This document shows, piece by piece, positions 1 through 12,332 of a DNA stretch of 64,000 bases. Position numbers and translations under genes: made by a program. Below the pieces are notes generated by a model. It was given only the letters and a program-made list of their open reading frames with translations. It was not told the origin of the DNA and did not search any database. The DNA lies in assembly GCA_001949185.1 (NCBI GenBank), contig BDGG01000001.1:5381530-5445529 (forward strand). Direction: 5' to 3'. The DNA comes from Ramazzottius varieornatus. Its lineage: Eukaryota; Animalia; Tardigrada. The first letter of the stretch is position 1, and each line of letters begins with the position of its first letter.

Positions 1-3000
1 CCATATCCTCATCTCGTCTCGAGGCTTCCACACCTGTTCCAGCTCATTGACGGTATCGTAACAGGCCAACGTGTCCACATCGTGGAACTCACACGACAAC
101 ATTCTCGTAATGTTCAGTTCGCGCATGACAGGTGGCATATGGTCCGACTCGACACTGTCCGTCATCTTTGCGTCACCCACTGTCTGGGACTGGACACTCC
201 GCACCGTCTTGCGGATGGATGTCTCTCGTTGCATCGTCGGGCTTTGTGTACTGTGGTAGTTACCCAGTTGGCGTAGTAAGTCTTGCAAGGAAGATGACCG
301 TTCGGTGCTAAGGGGGGTGAGGGCTGAAGAGGGGCGGGAAGGGTGGTGAGGTAGCGTGGAACCGTACGTTGGTTTCATGTGTCTTCGGCTCACGGATGAG
401 TGGTGGGAACGGTGAACAGGACAGTGGTGGACGGTGGAAGGCGATGAATCAGGGTACAGCGTAAAGTGAGGTGTCGGAAGTTCTTCGGGACTGATGTTGT
501 CGTAGTATGGGTTGACGTGGCCGTGAGCACGACAAAACGAAGGAGGACGGGTAGAGTAATGTGATGAATGCGAGGTTGGGTACGGTCGTCTGCCTGCTCG
601 ACAACTAGCTCGATCTGAAAACAACAACAGTCTATATGGAGCGCTATGTCAAGTGGCGCATATATTCACTGTTCTTGGCTGGGAAAGTGCGCTGCTCAAG
701 ATAACGATCTTGTACGCTTGGTTTGCTTAACTCTCACACTATCATTGATTCATGGTTCAAATCTGGGGCGTATAATGGTGCAAATATGCGCTGCTGGGAA
801 CTTACGTAGATGGTGGTAGGTCCGAGATCGTTGGTGGTGGTGGTTTCGAGTGAGGTGGGCTGTGGAGGAGGCGTAACTGTTGGCTGCAGAGGGACTATCC
901 GTCGTGCTGGTGGACCCATCTTCGTTGTCCGTGGCACTGCGAGCATGCGGCGAGTCCAACAATTGCTCTTGCCCGGCTTCCGTTGGTACGCGAGAAAAAA
1001 TCATGGCCGCCATGAACATGAGGAGAAACAGAGCGATCAGGCCAGCCATGATCAATAACATCATGAAGTTATCCCACATGCTGGTCATGGCACTGGATTG
1101 CAGGTTGAGGTTGTGTGCCAGGACGTTCTTCTTCCAGGCCTCGAGGTTCTCGTGGTCAAGTGCGGAAGAGTTGTAATAGCGGGAGTGGACACCTCGTGGA
1201 CGGGCTCGAGGTAACAGTTGGCTGCAGTCTGGTCCGTGGAAGTCGGTGTCGCAAGAACATTCATTGAGGTCGTTGCATTCACCTTGACCGGAACAGGGCG
1301 TGGACGGCTTGTTGGACGGACATTGGGCGGGTGGGGTGATGTCGTGAATTGGGATGCAGGCTTGGTGTAGGCAGATTCTGTTGTGGCCACATTTCGAACC
1401 GTCCTTCGTCCAGGCAGAATCGGGCTAAAAAAACTCACCGGTAACTTTGCAGTGTCTTCTCGACCACACAACACCAAAGTACCGTAGAAAACGGGCAAAG
1501 TATGGCTCCTATAGTCTCGTACAATACAACTGACTGAAAAAAGGATGACAGGGCACATTGAAAATTATACATGTAGTCCGTTTCCATTCTACGAGTGCGT
1601 GGAAGTTTTCGGCAAATTGTTTTGGTTGAGACGTTTAGTGGTTGCTATGCTGTACAGTAGATAGATGAAAGTGTAGTTAGTTCAGTCGTTGCTCACCCAA
1701 GTCAATGTCGCAGACGGCTGGAGAGTTTTACACTGGAAGTTTTTCCCTGGATTGATGGTCACGTGCGTAATGGACGGAGAATAGCCCTGCAGTTCTACGG
1801 GAAGAGGTTTAATGGCTCCTCCTTGGCAGTGCACCAGTCCACAGATACCAGCGTCCGAGTCCACGCTAATATGCTCGGTGCATTCAAGAGCCGCTTGCTT
1901 GCTGTCGGGTCCCCAAATGTCGTGGCACTGCTCGTCGCGCCCAACACACGTGCGGTTGAAGCAGTAGCTGGTCTTGTCGTCACACAGCTCTCCGTTACGT
2001 TGGAAGCCATCCCGTGGACAGTGGGAAGACACACCGGTGCAGTACTCAGGCAAATCGCAGTCGTCGGCTTCCTCGCGGCACAAGGTCCCCGCACTTTTGA
2101 ACTGTTCAAGGAAGTCTTTTGCAAAATACCGATCGTAGCAGTTGTTCAATCTCAATCAGCTCTTTCCCGAATATTTCAAAACTATGTCATCGATAAAAAT
2201 AAAAGATAGACCCAGGTTAATTTTAAGTCACACGATACTTTTTCTTCCTACATTTAAAGTCAGTAGCGCTTCAGCCGAGTTTCTAATTGTTCCCTTTCTA
2301 CTTTTGATTGCTACTGTATATTGCATGGTTGCAGGTTGCAACGTACCTTGCATTCTGGAGTGCAGCATGGTCCATGTGAGCACTGGGCGCCATCTACCAA
2401 ACGGCACGTCAGCGGATCACAGCAGGAATGGCGACCCAGACAAGCGACATCGGCTCCGCAGTCACAGTCTTCGTCGGGGTCCACCACGCCATTCCCACAC
2501 AGTAAGGCCACCGGGTCGGGTATAGGTCCGGGAAAAGGCGAGTCTACAAGGCACGTGCCAGCTCCACGCTGCAGGGTATCCAGTAAATCATCCTGACCAC
2601 ACGAGGAAAACACCGGTCGTCTTCTTGCTGTCTCCCCTAATCTTGAACAGAAATGCACCGATATCTTGATCTTGAAACCGAAAGTATTTGCATGTATGTT
2701 ATTACCGACTATAAGAAGGTCGCATCAAGCATCCTTCATCAGCCGGGCAAATGCAGTCTCGAGGATGCGAAGAGTCGTGTGATATTCCCAAATTATGGGC
2801 AATCATGTGTGAAACCCTGACTGCTGCACTCAATACATCAAGGCCAACCTATAATTTTCCAAAAAAACATTTACATCACAAACAGCCTCAATGAAATAAG
2901 TCAGACAAGCCAGTTCGCCGAAAGGGCTACATTCAGGATAAGAGTTTGGGTATAATGAGCTTACTGTAGTCATTCCCACCGATTTCAGTGAGCAGATGCT

Positions 3001-5943
3001 ACCGACGGAAGCTGTTCCGTATTGATCATGGGCGAAACGTGCCGCTTGACTTGCCAGCAGTAACTGGAGCGAGTCAAATGAGATCGTGTACAAATTGTCC
3101 GCCGTGTAACTCATCACGTTCAGCAGGGTTGCGCCAGCGTCGTTGTGTAGGATGTGAACTTGGTTGTGCTCGTTCCAGACTTCCACGTAGGACAAAACTA
3201 CTCGTATTTTCAAGGGCTGGAATACCTAGAGAAATAAAATCAATGAACCTCAATGTCTAAGAAAAATATGGAAGAATTGGAGGGGGAAAAATCTCCCCAA
3301 GGATATTTTGGAAATTAATTCAACGACGAACAACGATAATATTTTGTGTTGATCTTTGACCAGACACGAAAACAAGCTGGGAAATTTCCAATCGAATTAG
3401 CGATCCATTGATATGTTGAATTGAGTTGAAGTACACGCACGATGGGTGATTATGGGACAGGCCTTTTCGCTACGACGGTACGGGAGCACGTACGTACGCA
3501 ACCGATTCACAGTAATATACTTTTCGACACTTTTCTACGGTTGAATTTCCGTCTTTACCGCCTGTCCCGTAATTACCCATCGTGCGTGAACGCACAGTAC
3601 ACTGAGTACAGTACCTGATCGATAAGATTGGTGATGGCCAAGGCGTACTCGAGCGCGATATCTTTGTTGTTTTGCGATGAGGAAGTGGTGTTGAGAAGAT
3701 GTATCTGTTATGTAAGAAAAGGGAGAAAAGAGCACAAATTGAGTGTCATGATGGAAAGAGCCACTAGAGAATTGATCCGTATGGAAACATGGAAGATTCC
3801 AACTTTGTGGTTGCACTACAGCTGCTGCATGTTTTAATCAAGCGCGAACAAAAGCTAGACGGTTCTACATGTTATGAAAGTACCCAGAAACACGGCGAAG
3901 GGATAATTGATGGCATACCAATGTGGTGTCAAAGATTAGCGCCAGCTCCAGCCATTTCAATGCGCCACTGGATCGGAGAAGCGAGCGCTTCGTCCTCGCT
4001 ATAGAATTCCCCTTCGAGTACTCCGGATCGAGCGGTAATTTATGCCGATGGCGCTTGTTATGGCGCAACGAACGATGATGGCTTTTAGTGGTACTTCCGC
4101 CTTCGACGCCGGTATAGACACCTGTGAATGAGAGGGATGCATCAATCAATAGAGAACGTACTTGTATCGAGTAAACAAGGTTGCAGTGACCTTTTCCAGT
4201 ATTGATTCGCATGAAGGAGTGCGATTCTATCCGATTGTTTGTGGAGAAGGCTGCAAAGTGTCGCTTACCACAGTGATCACGGTCATCATTGTCGACTTCT
4301 TCTTCCTCGTGAATGTGTTTTCTCTGTGACAGGTGCTGGTTTTTGCGATGATCAGTGTTGTCTTTGGGGGTATGGCTGGGTTGGGCGCTCTTTTTTAATA
4401 TGTATAGCAGATGCGCACTTGATGGAACTTCCGTGATTGCTTTTTCGCTGGGGAATAGAGACAACTTTTGTTGAAGCGATGGGCTTGTCGTTTTTATTGA
4501 CATTGATGATCCCTTTTTGTTGAGCGGTGCCATAATGATGGTTTCACCTGGCAGTTCATCGATTTCGAATGTCCCTCTGCAACCACAAATAGAACATCAA
4601 ACGTAGAAAAACCTATTCACTCACTTAGTGATACGTCAGGTGGTCCAAACTGTGGCGGTCTTGTACGAAGTAACCAAGAAACCAAAGTTCGGACGTCGGC
4701 AAATGAACTGAACAAAATCGTTTTATCAAGTGGCGCACATTCTCGTTGTTTGTACCGGAAGAGTGCGCCAGTTGGAAAAACGATCCTCTTCAAGTCATTC
4801 GCCGACTTCCACAATAATTATCAACAAAAGGACTCGTCCAAATAACCTGAAACAAGGGGTTTCCTTGTTTTTCTCTTTATTTAACATCGTAACGACAGAG
4901 AAGCTGGGTTAAAGTGCAAATCTAAAAATTGATTGGAATATTTTGAATGTAGGAAGAAGTTGATGTGCGTAATCAAGACTCACTTGAGCGAGCCAAGAGC
5001 CTTATCGAGCGCAAAAGTGGCAAAGAGGCCCTTATCACGCGGCTGATAGTGGCATTCTTCATTCTTAGTGAAAGACGCCATTCCCTCCTCTTCTGCACCC
5101 TCCAAACTCGGTGAAGTTTGAAAGAGATGCTTGATGGCCAACTGCGGTGCCTGCAGAAAGGGGTTAAGGACCAAATGCTGGCTGATGGTGTACTGTCCGA
5201 ATACCGCCGGTACCCATAACTTCATGCTTGCTGGACAAGTGGCGGAGTGTTGTGAAGTGTTTCGGGTCTCGTTGCTGCTGCTGTAACGGATATTGGAATC
5301 GTTCAAGAAGAGGACTTGGTAACGATGAGCAATAGTGCTTAACCGGCCATGACTGAAACCATTGGCCGTCAATATTTCCATCGAGTGGCGAGTGATGGGG
5401 TCGGGATCGGAGAAAGGAAGTGGAGGGTTAATGGCTCCCTTGATGGACTGCGAGCTGCCGGTGGGGACATGATAGCCGGAACTCCTGGCTTTGTATGGCT
5501 TACTAACCGAAATACTTCCCGCGTCGGTAATGGAGCCTTCAAGAAACCAAGCATGAAATTAGCACCATGTGCGCCGTCAGATTCCCATGTCCCAACCAAC
5601 ATACACAGTATCCTGTACGTTATTCCGGTTAAAGTATTACAATCAAGAAACTCCGTAGAACATTATCACCATTGCTAGTGCCGAGGTTATTGCTCCTTGT
5701 GGACACATTGGAAAACCTCCAGAATTGTATTGAACTTTGACCGAAAGTCCCAGAGACCAGCCGGACTAACTCGGAGAGAAGAGATGTGTCGTTTCACCAA
5801 ATATGCGGATGTCAGCTTCAAGTAGAAAACAGAAGTGGTTGCTTACCGGTAGAGACATCGAAGGTGTTTTGGTCAGCCCAGCAGAGCCCGGGCTGGTGCA
5901 GTAGGATGAATACAAAGCAGGAAAGATTCTGGACGATTTCCAT
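1..5943 (-). CDS. Multi-exon ADAM-family membrane protein, non-catalytic (mind-meld/UNC-71/ADAM11-22-23-like); 3' end lies outside the window
   Basis: ATG at 5943 gives the signal peptide MEIVQNLSCFVFILLHQPGLCWA. Then a prodomain, furin site RTKR and KWLELALIFD; Zn motif HMIAHNLGISHD (2774-2809) with Met-turn CLM; disintegrin CGNGVVDPDEDCDCG...CDLPEYCTG; Cys-rich KDGSKCGHNRICLHQAC; EGF CSGQGECNDLNECSCDTDFHGPDCS; TM FMMLLIMAGLIALFLLMFMAAMIF. The frame at the left edge is open to position 1. Confidence 0.9.
3434..3588. mobile_element. MITE family A (TA-CACGC...GCGTG termini), in an ADAM intron
   Basis: ~30-bp terminal inverted repeat cacgcacgatgggtgattatgggacaggc / gcctgtcccgtaattacccatcgtgcgtg. 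Core shared with the copies at 43858 and 51345. Confidence 0.8.
4700..4803. repeat. Hairpin repeat family B (CAAGTGGCGCAC...GTGCGCCACTTG); related copies at ~640-712, 7430-7525, 24895-25075 (x2) and 26845-26940
   Basis: Recurring palindromic arms gatcgtttt..caagtggcgcac / gtgcgccacttg..aaaacgatc around a variable loop. Confidence 0.7.
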
Positions 5944-8489
5944 TTTGAGTAGAGAGAAACTGCGGGCTGGTGAGCTTATCCATGCAAATGGCTTGAAGTT
6001 CCCGACGAACTGACCATTCGCACTGTGAATCGGTAGATAATGATAACGACGAAATATAGTGTTGGTACTTCCTGGTTCGCTCAGTAAACTAGATCCAATT
6101 AGTTTGGTCTTCTGCTATATTGACAATAAACAGGATATGTGGATAGCAGGGAAGAGGAAGAGGAGATAAGTTGGCAGGCATCAACTGGATAAACAAGCTT
6201 TCGTCATTTCCTTGTGGTCACTGCACAATGCGCACAATCTTCCTCCCTACACCCCGAACTGACGCCCACGCAAAGTCCCAATCCCATCACGATTCAGCTT
6301 TGGTCAAATGGAATTAAAACATCCATCAATGATAGATAAAGTTTAGCCACTGCATAATGCACTCTTTAAATCGATACGCGCCATCGCTGAACAGTGGATA
6401 ACATCCCAGCTGAACGCCGCTGTAATCTCATTGTCGGTAGTTGGAGTGCGCCACCGAACGTGACCAAGAGGCTACGAAATCACAAAACATTTCACGGAAA
6501 AAGTCTTAAACTAGAACATCATCTCATAGCTGAGTTCCACATAAGCAATATAAACGTGAGCCGAAACAGCTCTAAAACGTTTGCACCACAGAGTGAATAG
6601 GCTAAACTCTGGATATTGAAAGTTTTTCTGCGGTTACGTTCGAGTCTGATGGAGCTGAACGTGCGAGACACCAGCTTTCGCGTTGATCCCAATCGAAAGA
6701 TTAACAGCATGCAGCATTGCGCATCTATATGTCCAGCGAATCCACAATCACACTCTGGATAGTAATTAGGGGCTGTGTAGCGGAAGGAGCACAGGAAGCG
6801 GACAAAGAGGCAGAGCGGCAAAGGGGAAGTACCACCGAGTGACTAATCTTCCTGCGTGTATCGATCAAAACGAAAACTCGTACTGGGCTATTTGAACCTC
6901 TTCCCTACAGGCTTCGGCTACCGTCATAACATCCTGAATATCCATGACGCATCTCATTTGACAGGTTTATTCCTTCTCGTTCTATTTTACGAGACACTCG
7001 GGGTAACAGGACAGCAATAGCAGGGTGCACATACACTGCTGTTCCTGCACTGCATAACGGGATGACCAAACGAGACCTTACGTGTTAATTTCATTTCGGT
7101 CAAAGAATTGTACTGGGCGTTGTAGGTTGCCTTTTGTGAATGTGTTCAAGGCTGAGCGAGTTCCGAAACCATCGGAAGTATCTATTCACTCGAAGCACAA
7201 TCTGCCGCCCATATGCTCACGCAATCAAGAAGTACTGACCCGTTCTCTACGCCTCAGGATAAGCCGCTAGGGCACAAGGTGATCACGGAGGGTTCATTAA
7301 CGTCTGGTTACTCATCCCTCATCCTGATCCTCTATTCTAACTAACGTGGATAACGATCGTACTAGCATGAAAGGGATGAGATGTTCGGGTTTTTCTGGAC
7401 AAGAAAACTGGGACGTTGGCAGCTGAAGAGAACATGATTTTTGTGTCAAGCGGCGTGCATTCTGATTGGTTTCAGCTGCGAGTGTACGCCACTTGGTAAA
7501 ACGATCCTGCTCTAGTCATTTGCCGACATTCTAAGTATAGTCACGGACCTCCGTAAGGAACGATCAGTCAAAAAATGCGAGGACCTCGTTGGATATGATG
7601 TGGAAGCATGTATTGGTTGGTGGAAGGGGGTGAATGTACCATCAGTGGGGAGATGGGATCGACAGAAGTGCGAGTAATGAAATGAGAAGGAAGTTTTTTA
7701 AACATGCTGACATGTAAAGAAGATTTATGACTGCATCTCAGGGGCAAAGACGTCAGTGCCTTTGCCACTCTGGTGCCTGGAACTTCGGAGGACTGCATCA
7801 GTCGTCGTACCCAGTGGACGACTTGGGCACATTAGTATTCGGACAAGAAAGATTCATTGAGTTAACGTTGTGAAGTGAGCCCTTGATCATGTTGTGTTCT
7901 TCTATTATCCCCCACGTTTACAACACGCTCGCCATGATAGTTTCGCGTACTCCACGGACCTAACCTCTGCTTAATACTGTACAGCCAGCGCCAGATCGGC
8001 ATTGTAAACGATAGAGAATGTGGCGCCACCCTGAGACCTGGACGGGAAGTCTAATAGTATTCCCAATTCCAAGTACACCTACAACGTATACATTCGGTAA
8101 AAATGTAAAATTCCAGACAGTGAAGCCGTGAACGCTCGTTACAAATACCAGTTACGCCACCATTCGCAAAACTCACTTTGATTAAACTTGTACACCCCTG
8201 CTAGGATTTCACGTTCCGGATTTAGTGATAGAATTAAACTCAAGTGGATACGCGTGTATTTGGGTACTCTGATCCGCTAGAAAAATTGCCGCGCGCTGTG
8301 GAGGATAAACGCAGTTGTCTTACCGTTCATGTATTTATACTTCTCGGTCCACTACAAGTTTGACGGAAGGATCGACCATCAGTACGTACTATTATCGATG
8401 TACTGTCAGCCGATCGGACTGCCAACTGGATACTGTCACATGTGCGCTGTCATGTGCATGGTGCATGGTGCATGGTGCACCACATCATA

Positions 8490-9490
8490 GGGTTTCTGCA
8501 CCAATCAGATCCCAGGTGTTCTCCGGTGTTGGAACAGCCGTGTAGGTGTCGCTCGTTAGGACGGTACCTTTCATATGGGATATCATGTGGATGTGGTTGA
8601 CACGACCGGCGTAACGCCCGGGGAAAGAGGTACGGAAGCTTGCCTGGCCGAACCTTTTCGTCGGTTGTAGACCTTGAAGAAACGTCGTCGTGTTCTGAAA
8701 CCACGACGATGGATGCTGTAAAGGATGATTGAATTACTGCCCGGTGTCTTACTTACTAGGCTAGCATTGATGTCGGACGTCCAATTACCGTTGCCACTTG
8801 GTCCCATAGGCACACTACCACTGCTGTTACCAGGAACGCCAGCATAAACCCCGGTGGCCTTACGGTTCAAGATATAAAGGTAGACATGTCGAGTTCCACA
8901 TACCTGACTGGCATCTCCTCTTTGATGATCAGGATGGTCAAATCCAGAAATAAACCGTGCTGGATCTAGCGTACGTTCCGGCGTAAAGGTGACCGTTGGG
9001 GTCGGTACCTCTCAATGCGATGACTGGTGGCAAGAACAGCGGCATCGTCCCGTTGCTAGCGTACCCAGTTCAGAAGCGCTTCGCGACGAAGTCGAGCATG
9101 TTCTTGTACTTTAAGAAAATGCAATGTTCTATGCACTGGTCCAATGAATGCTTTGACCAAGAGGGGGAATCGTTCATGTTTCGCGCCGATGAGTAAACTC
9201 ATTCCATTCGTTTCGTTTCTCGTGTCGCTACGCGAGAAGACTTTTTTCCCTCCCGCTCACCCTCCCTACATTGCACGTACCGGTTCCCTACTCAATAAAG
9301 GGAGCGACCGGATTCCCGTCGCGTCCGAATTACGAGCGCCTCCATTCCGGCAAGGCCACTTCCGCGTTCGTCCAGTAGAGCACACGCTGGATGTTCAGAC
9401 AAATGTATTATCTCGATATCCCCATTGTGCTCGAGATGAAAAGTGTTGAAGCCAAAAACAACAGTGCTATTCTCCCAGCTCATTCAAATT
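8490..9490 (-). pseudogene. Fungal-type intradiol ring-cleavage dioxygenase, copy A (degenerate)
   Basis: Manual translation gives LFLDLTIL...VYLYILNRKATGVYAGV...GNGNWTSDINASL, a 62-nt GT-AG intron (8695-8756), then NTTTFLQGLQPTKRFGQASFRTSFPGRYAGRVNHIHMISH. There is a frameshift near 8890 and stops upstream. Outer boundaries are approximate. Confidence 0.8.
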
Positions 9491-9932
9491 TCTCATCACT
9501 CTGGCAGTAAGTCCGGCAGACGGAACTTGCCTTTGCGAATCCGTCAACGTAGCTGGACTAGTTCGATCTATGGTGAACATACATGAAAACTATCTAACCG
9601 CCAATGTTTTGTTGTGTAGTATAAAGAACAGAGCGCTATTTCTTCTCAAAAATTTATGATCCCGATAGAACGATCAGACGATATCCAGGTAACAGGGTGA
9701 TCATTTATCACTACGTACAGTCGACTGATACCACTACAGTTCGTCAAATCGCTCGGTAGATCCATCCGTAGTTGTAGGATTTAGCAGTGGCTCCGGTGTT
9801 TTCGCTGCCGGTAGAGCCATACCTCGTGCTACATTGAGTTGTTCCACCACCTGGAGCTAGTGCCACCGTGCTGCTGTTAACGCTGGGACAGCCACCCATG
9901 CCACTCATTTCTCCTGGTGTTATTAAGATCGT

Positions 9933-10610
9933 TGTAGATCACATTAGGGACTTTCTGATCACGTGACAGGCGAGTTACCTACTCAATCAATCAACCGGTA
10001 GAAAAGGTGGTTCGGACAAGGAAATAAGGGCTATTTTCGGCTGCCGCTCTCCCGTCACGTGACAGATCGTTGCAAAACCTAAATGGCCAAAACGTAGCAC
10101 AGACACCACCCTATCGACCATACCAAAAGAGATCTTCGGTAAAGTTTTTGTGCAAAATTTTCCCATATGAGTTGTATACCTCATTTTGCGACATTCTTTA
10201 GGGACGAAAGACTTTCGCTTTCAATATTGTCCGACGATTTCATTCGATTTCAGTGAACTAAGTACCGGCAAATAGCGCAGGGTTTGTTCTCTAGAATAAG
10301 CATAGTTCTGTTATACAGAAGACTGAGAAGAGAATTCCGATTAAGAAGTCCTCAGAAGTCAGGTGTAGATCCCATATGGGAAATTTTTGCACACAAATTT
10401 TATAGAGGATCTCTTTTGGTGCGGTCGATAGAGTGTTGTCTGTGCTGCGTTTTGGCCATTTAGGTTTTGCAACGAGCCTGTCACGTGACGAGAGAGCGGT
10501 AGCCAAAAATAGCTCTAATTTCCTTGTCCGAACCACCTTTCTTACCGGTTGATTGATTGAGCAGGTAACTCGCCTGTCACGTGATCAGAAATTCCAAGGT
10601 GTGATCTACA
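9933..10610. mobile_element. Non-autonomous long-TIR (foldback/MITE-like) element
   Basis: ~240-bp imperfect inverted arms (9933-~10170 and ~10372-10610, tgtagatcac...gtgatctaca) around a ~200-bp spacer, with no credible ORF. Confidence 0.85.
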
Positions 10611-10699
10611 CGGTAACGTTTAAATTATGAGAATCGAACGACGGGATCAGAAGATACAAGCAAGTACACAAGAACCATGGCTGACGATGAAATATAACC

Positions 10700-11745
10700 G
10701 TGACTGTATGTAGTAAGTATGCTGGTTTAGTGTGGCCTATTCTACGATGAAAAGTTCTCCCTGTTCTGATAAAACTCCAATATTATGTTCGTGAGGTTTT
10801 CCCCGTAATCAGCTAAGCCACAATGTTAGCCTACACTTTTGGTATAACATGTCTTTGACCCGAAGGTCCTTGACCTTCATTGGGTACGTCCTACTGGGTA
10901 AAACTTGCTGGGGTGGATTACCCCCAGGTATCGACCTGACCCATGATGTCACCAGCAGTGCGAGTACTAGTTTGGATAAGGAGACGTGGCCAGCGGGAAT
11001 ACCGCGGAGCTGGTGAGGTTGGTATTTGTCCACCGGGAGGTGGACAAATACAAACGTTGTCGTCGCTGCTGGTACCTCCGTTGCCACTTCCGAACCCACT
11101 GCGTTGTTGTCGTTGACTCCGGCGTAGACGCCTGCGCCTGTGGGCGGCAGCTCCAAATATGTAAGTGTACGTTCGCTGCTGGTTAACATGTGGTCACGTC
11201 GATCATCTGTATGTCCAGATAGAGGTCCACCCCGGCCTGCATAGGTCTCTCATAGGTCTTTTCGTGTGAGTTCACCCTTTACCCAGAATGACCAGTCTTA
11301 ACTTCAGAGGCAAATACACAGATGGCGTTGCTGTTGAATGGACTGGTGCTGGATATCAGGCCGGTCGGGCTGGAATGGTGGTTGGTGGCCAGGATACTGG
11401 CTGCATCACGGTCTATACCTATTCCAAATAGGAGATTGAATTCCGAACAGGTCATTCTTATTGGCCCGCGGTACGTAGATACTACAAAGTCTTGCCTGCT
11501 GCCACATCACGGTTGAAGTTAACTGCTCTTGGTTAACCTTTAACTCACGTTCTTGATGGATAGAAGCAGCGCCTCTCTCCCGAACTCGGATATTCGCATG
11601 GATCGCTCGGGCATGCTGGCCACCCACACATCCGTCCAATGAACGCCTGGTTCTGGTTGAAATAAGCGCTCTCTTGTGCAACTGCGGACGGTGAATGGAT
11701 AAGTTCTTCGTTGTGACCCAGCATCAATGAAGACACAAGAGCTGA
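10700..11745 (-). pseudogene. Fungal-type intradiol ring-cleavage dioxygenase, copy B (degenerate)
   Basis: Fragments across frameshifts and stops: RRSLDGC, DRDAASILATNHHSS, NAICVFASEVKTG/FWVKGELTRKDL*, QAGVDLYLDIQMIDVTTC*PAANVHLHIWSC/GVYAGV, LRGI. A possible Gly/Ser-rich tail lies at ~9750-9925, beyond the TIR element. Confidence 0.75.
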
Positions 11746-12260
11746 AACGCCAAGAGAGAACAGAGGTAACGCTCAGGTTTAAGGTTTCGATGATCGTCGA
11801 GCATTCAAGAGGCCCAGGCTCTCCGGAAAAGAAAATTGATATCATAAGCCTAGCTTCCTGAGCAGCATGATATTTGAACATCAAGACACAACTGCAGAAA
11901 CGCCTATAGCGTACGTACGGTTATATTGCTTTGGTGTGCCATCTTGAATCTTCTTCTCGAGTCTTCCATCACTAAAATCAGATGATGGATCGTGATAATA
12001 GCTTACCCCACATTTTGACTGATGGCGGAAATGCGTAATTTCTTTTGTCGGTAATTTTTAACCATCACCTCAGACGCGGAATATTACGAATGCTGGTCCT
12101 ACTTACCGCATCACTGAGTTTGATACTTCCGTGCAATGATCTGATGAAAACGTACAGAAAAAGTGCTAGAACTGAAAGCAAAGCTAACAGATTCGATTGA
12201 TTCAATCACACAGCTGAATTAAGTTCATTCAGTGACTTCTCGGTGTGTCAAGCAAAAAGT

Positions 12261-12332
12261 TTCCCAAACGGGGAATCGAACCCCGGCCACCGCCGTGAGA
12301 GGGCGGTATCCTAGCCACTAGACCATTTGGGA
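12261..12332 (-). tRNA. tRNA-Glu (anticodon CTC)
   Basis: 72 nt: TCCCAAATGGTCTAGTGGCTAGGATACCGCCCTCTCACGGCGGTGGCCGGGGTTCGATTCCCCGTTTGGGAA. Acceptor stem, anticodon stem CCGCC/GGCGG, GTTCGA T-loop, and a downstream T5 Pol III terminator. Confidence 0.97.

Noticed and set aside
1085-1558. 157-aa Thr/Pro-rich ORF resembling a mucin stalk
   Set aside because: Wrong frame. The frame continuous with the TM segment encodes the ADAM Cys-rich and EGF domains.
7700-7860. Possible distal 3' fragment of dioxygenase copy A (STGYD..)
   Set aside because: Similarity is too weak to support without an alignment.
11350-11490. In-frame TGA codons as possible selenocysteine or readthrough
   Set aside because: That frame is not the dioxygenase-homologous one, and the locus has frameshifts and TAA stops typical of a pseudogene.
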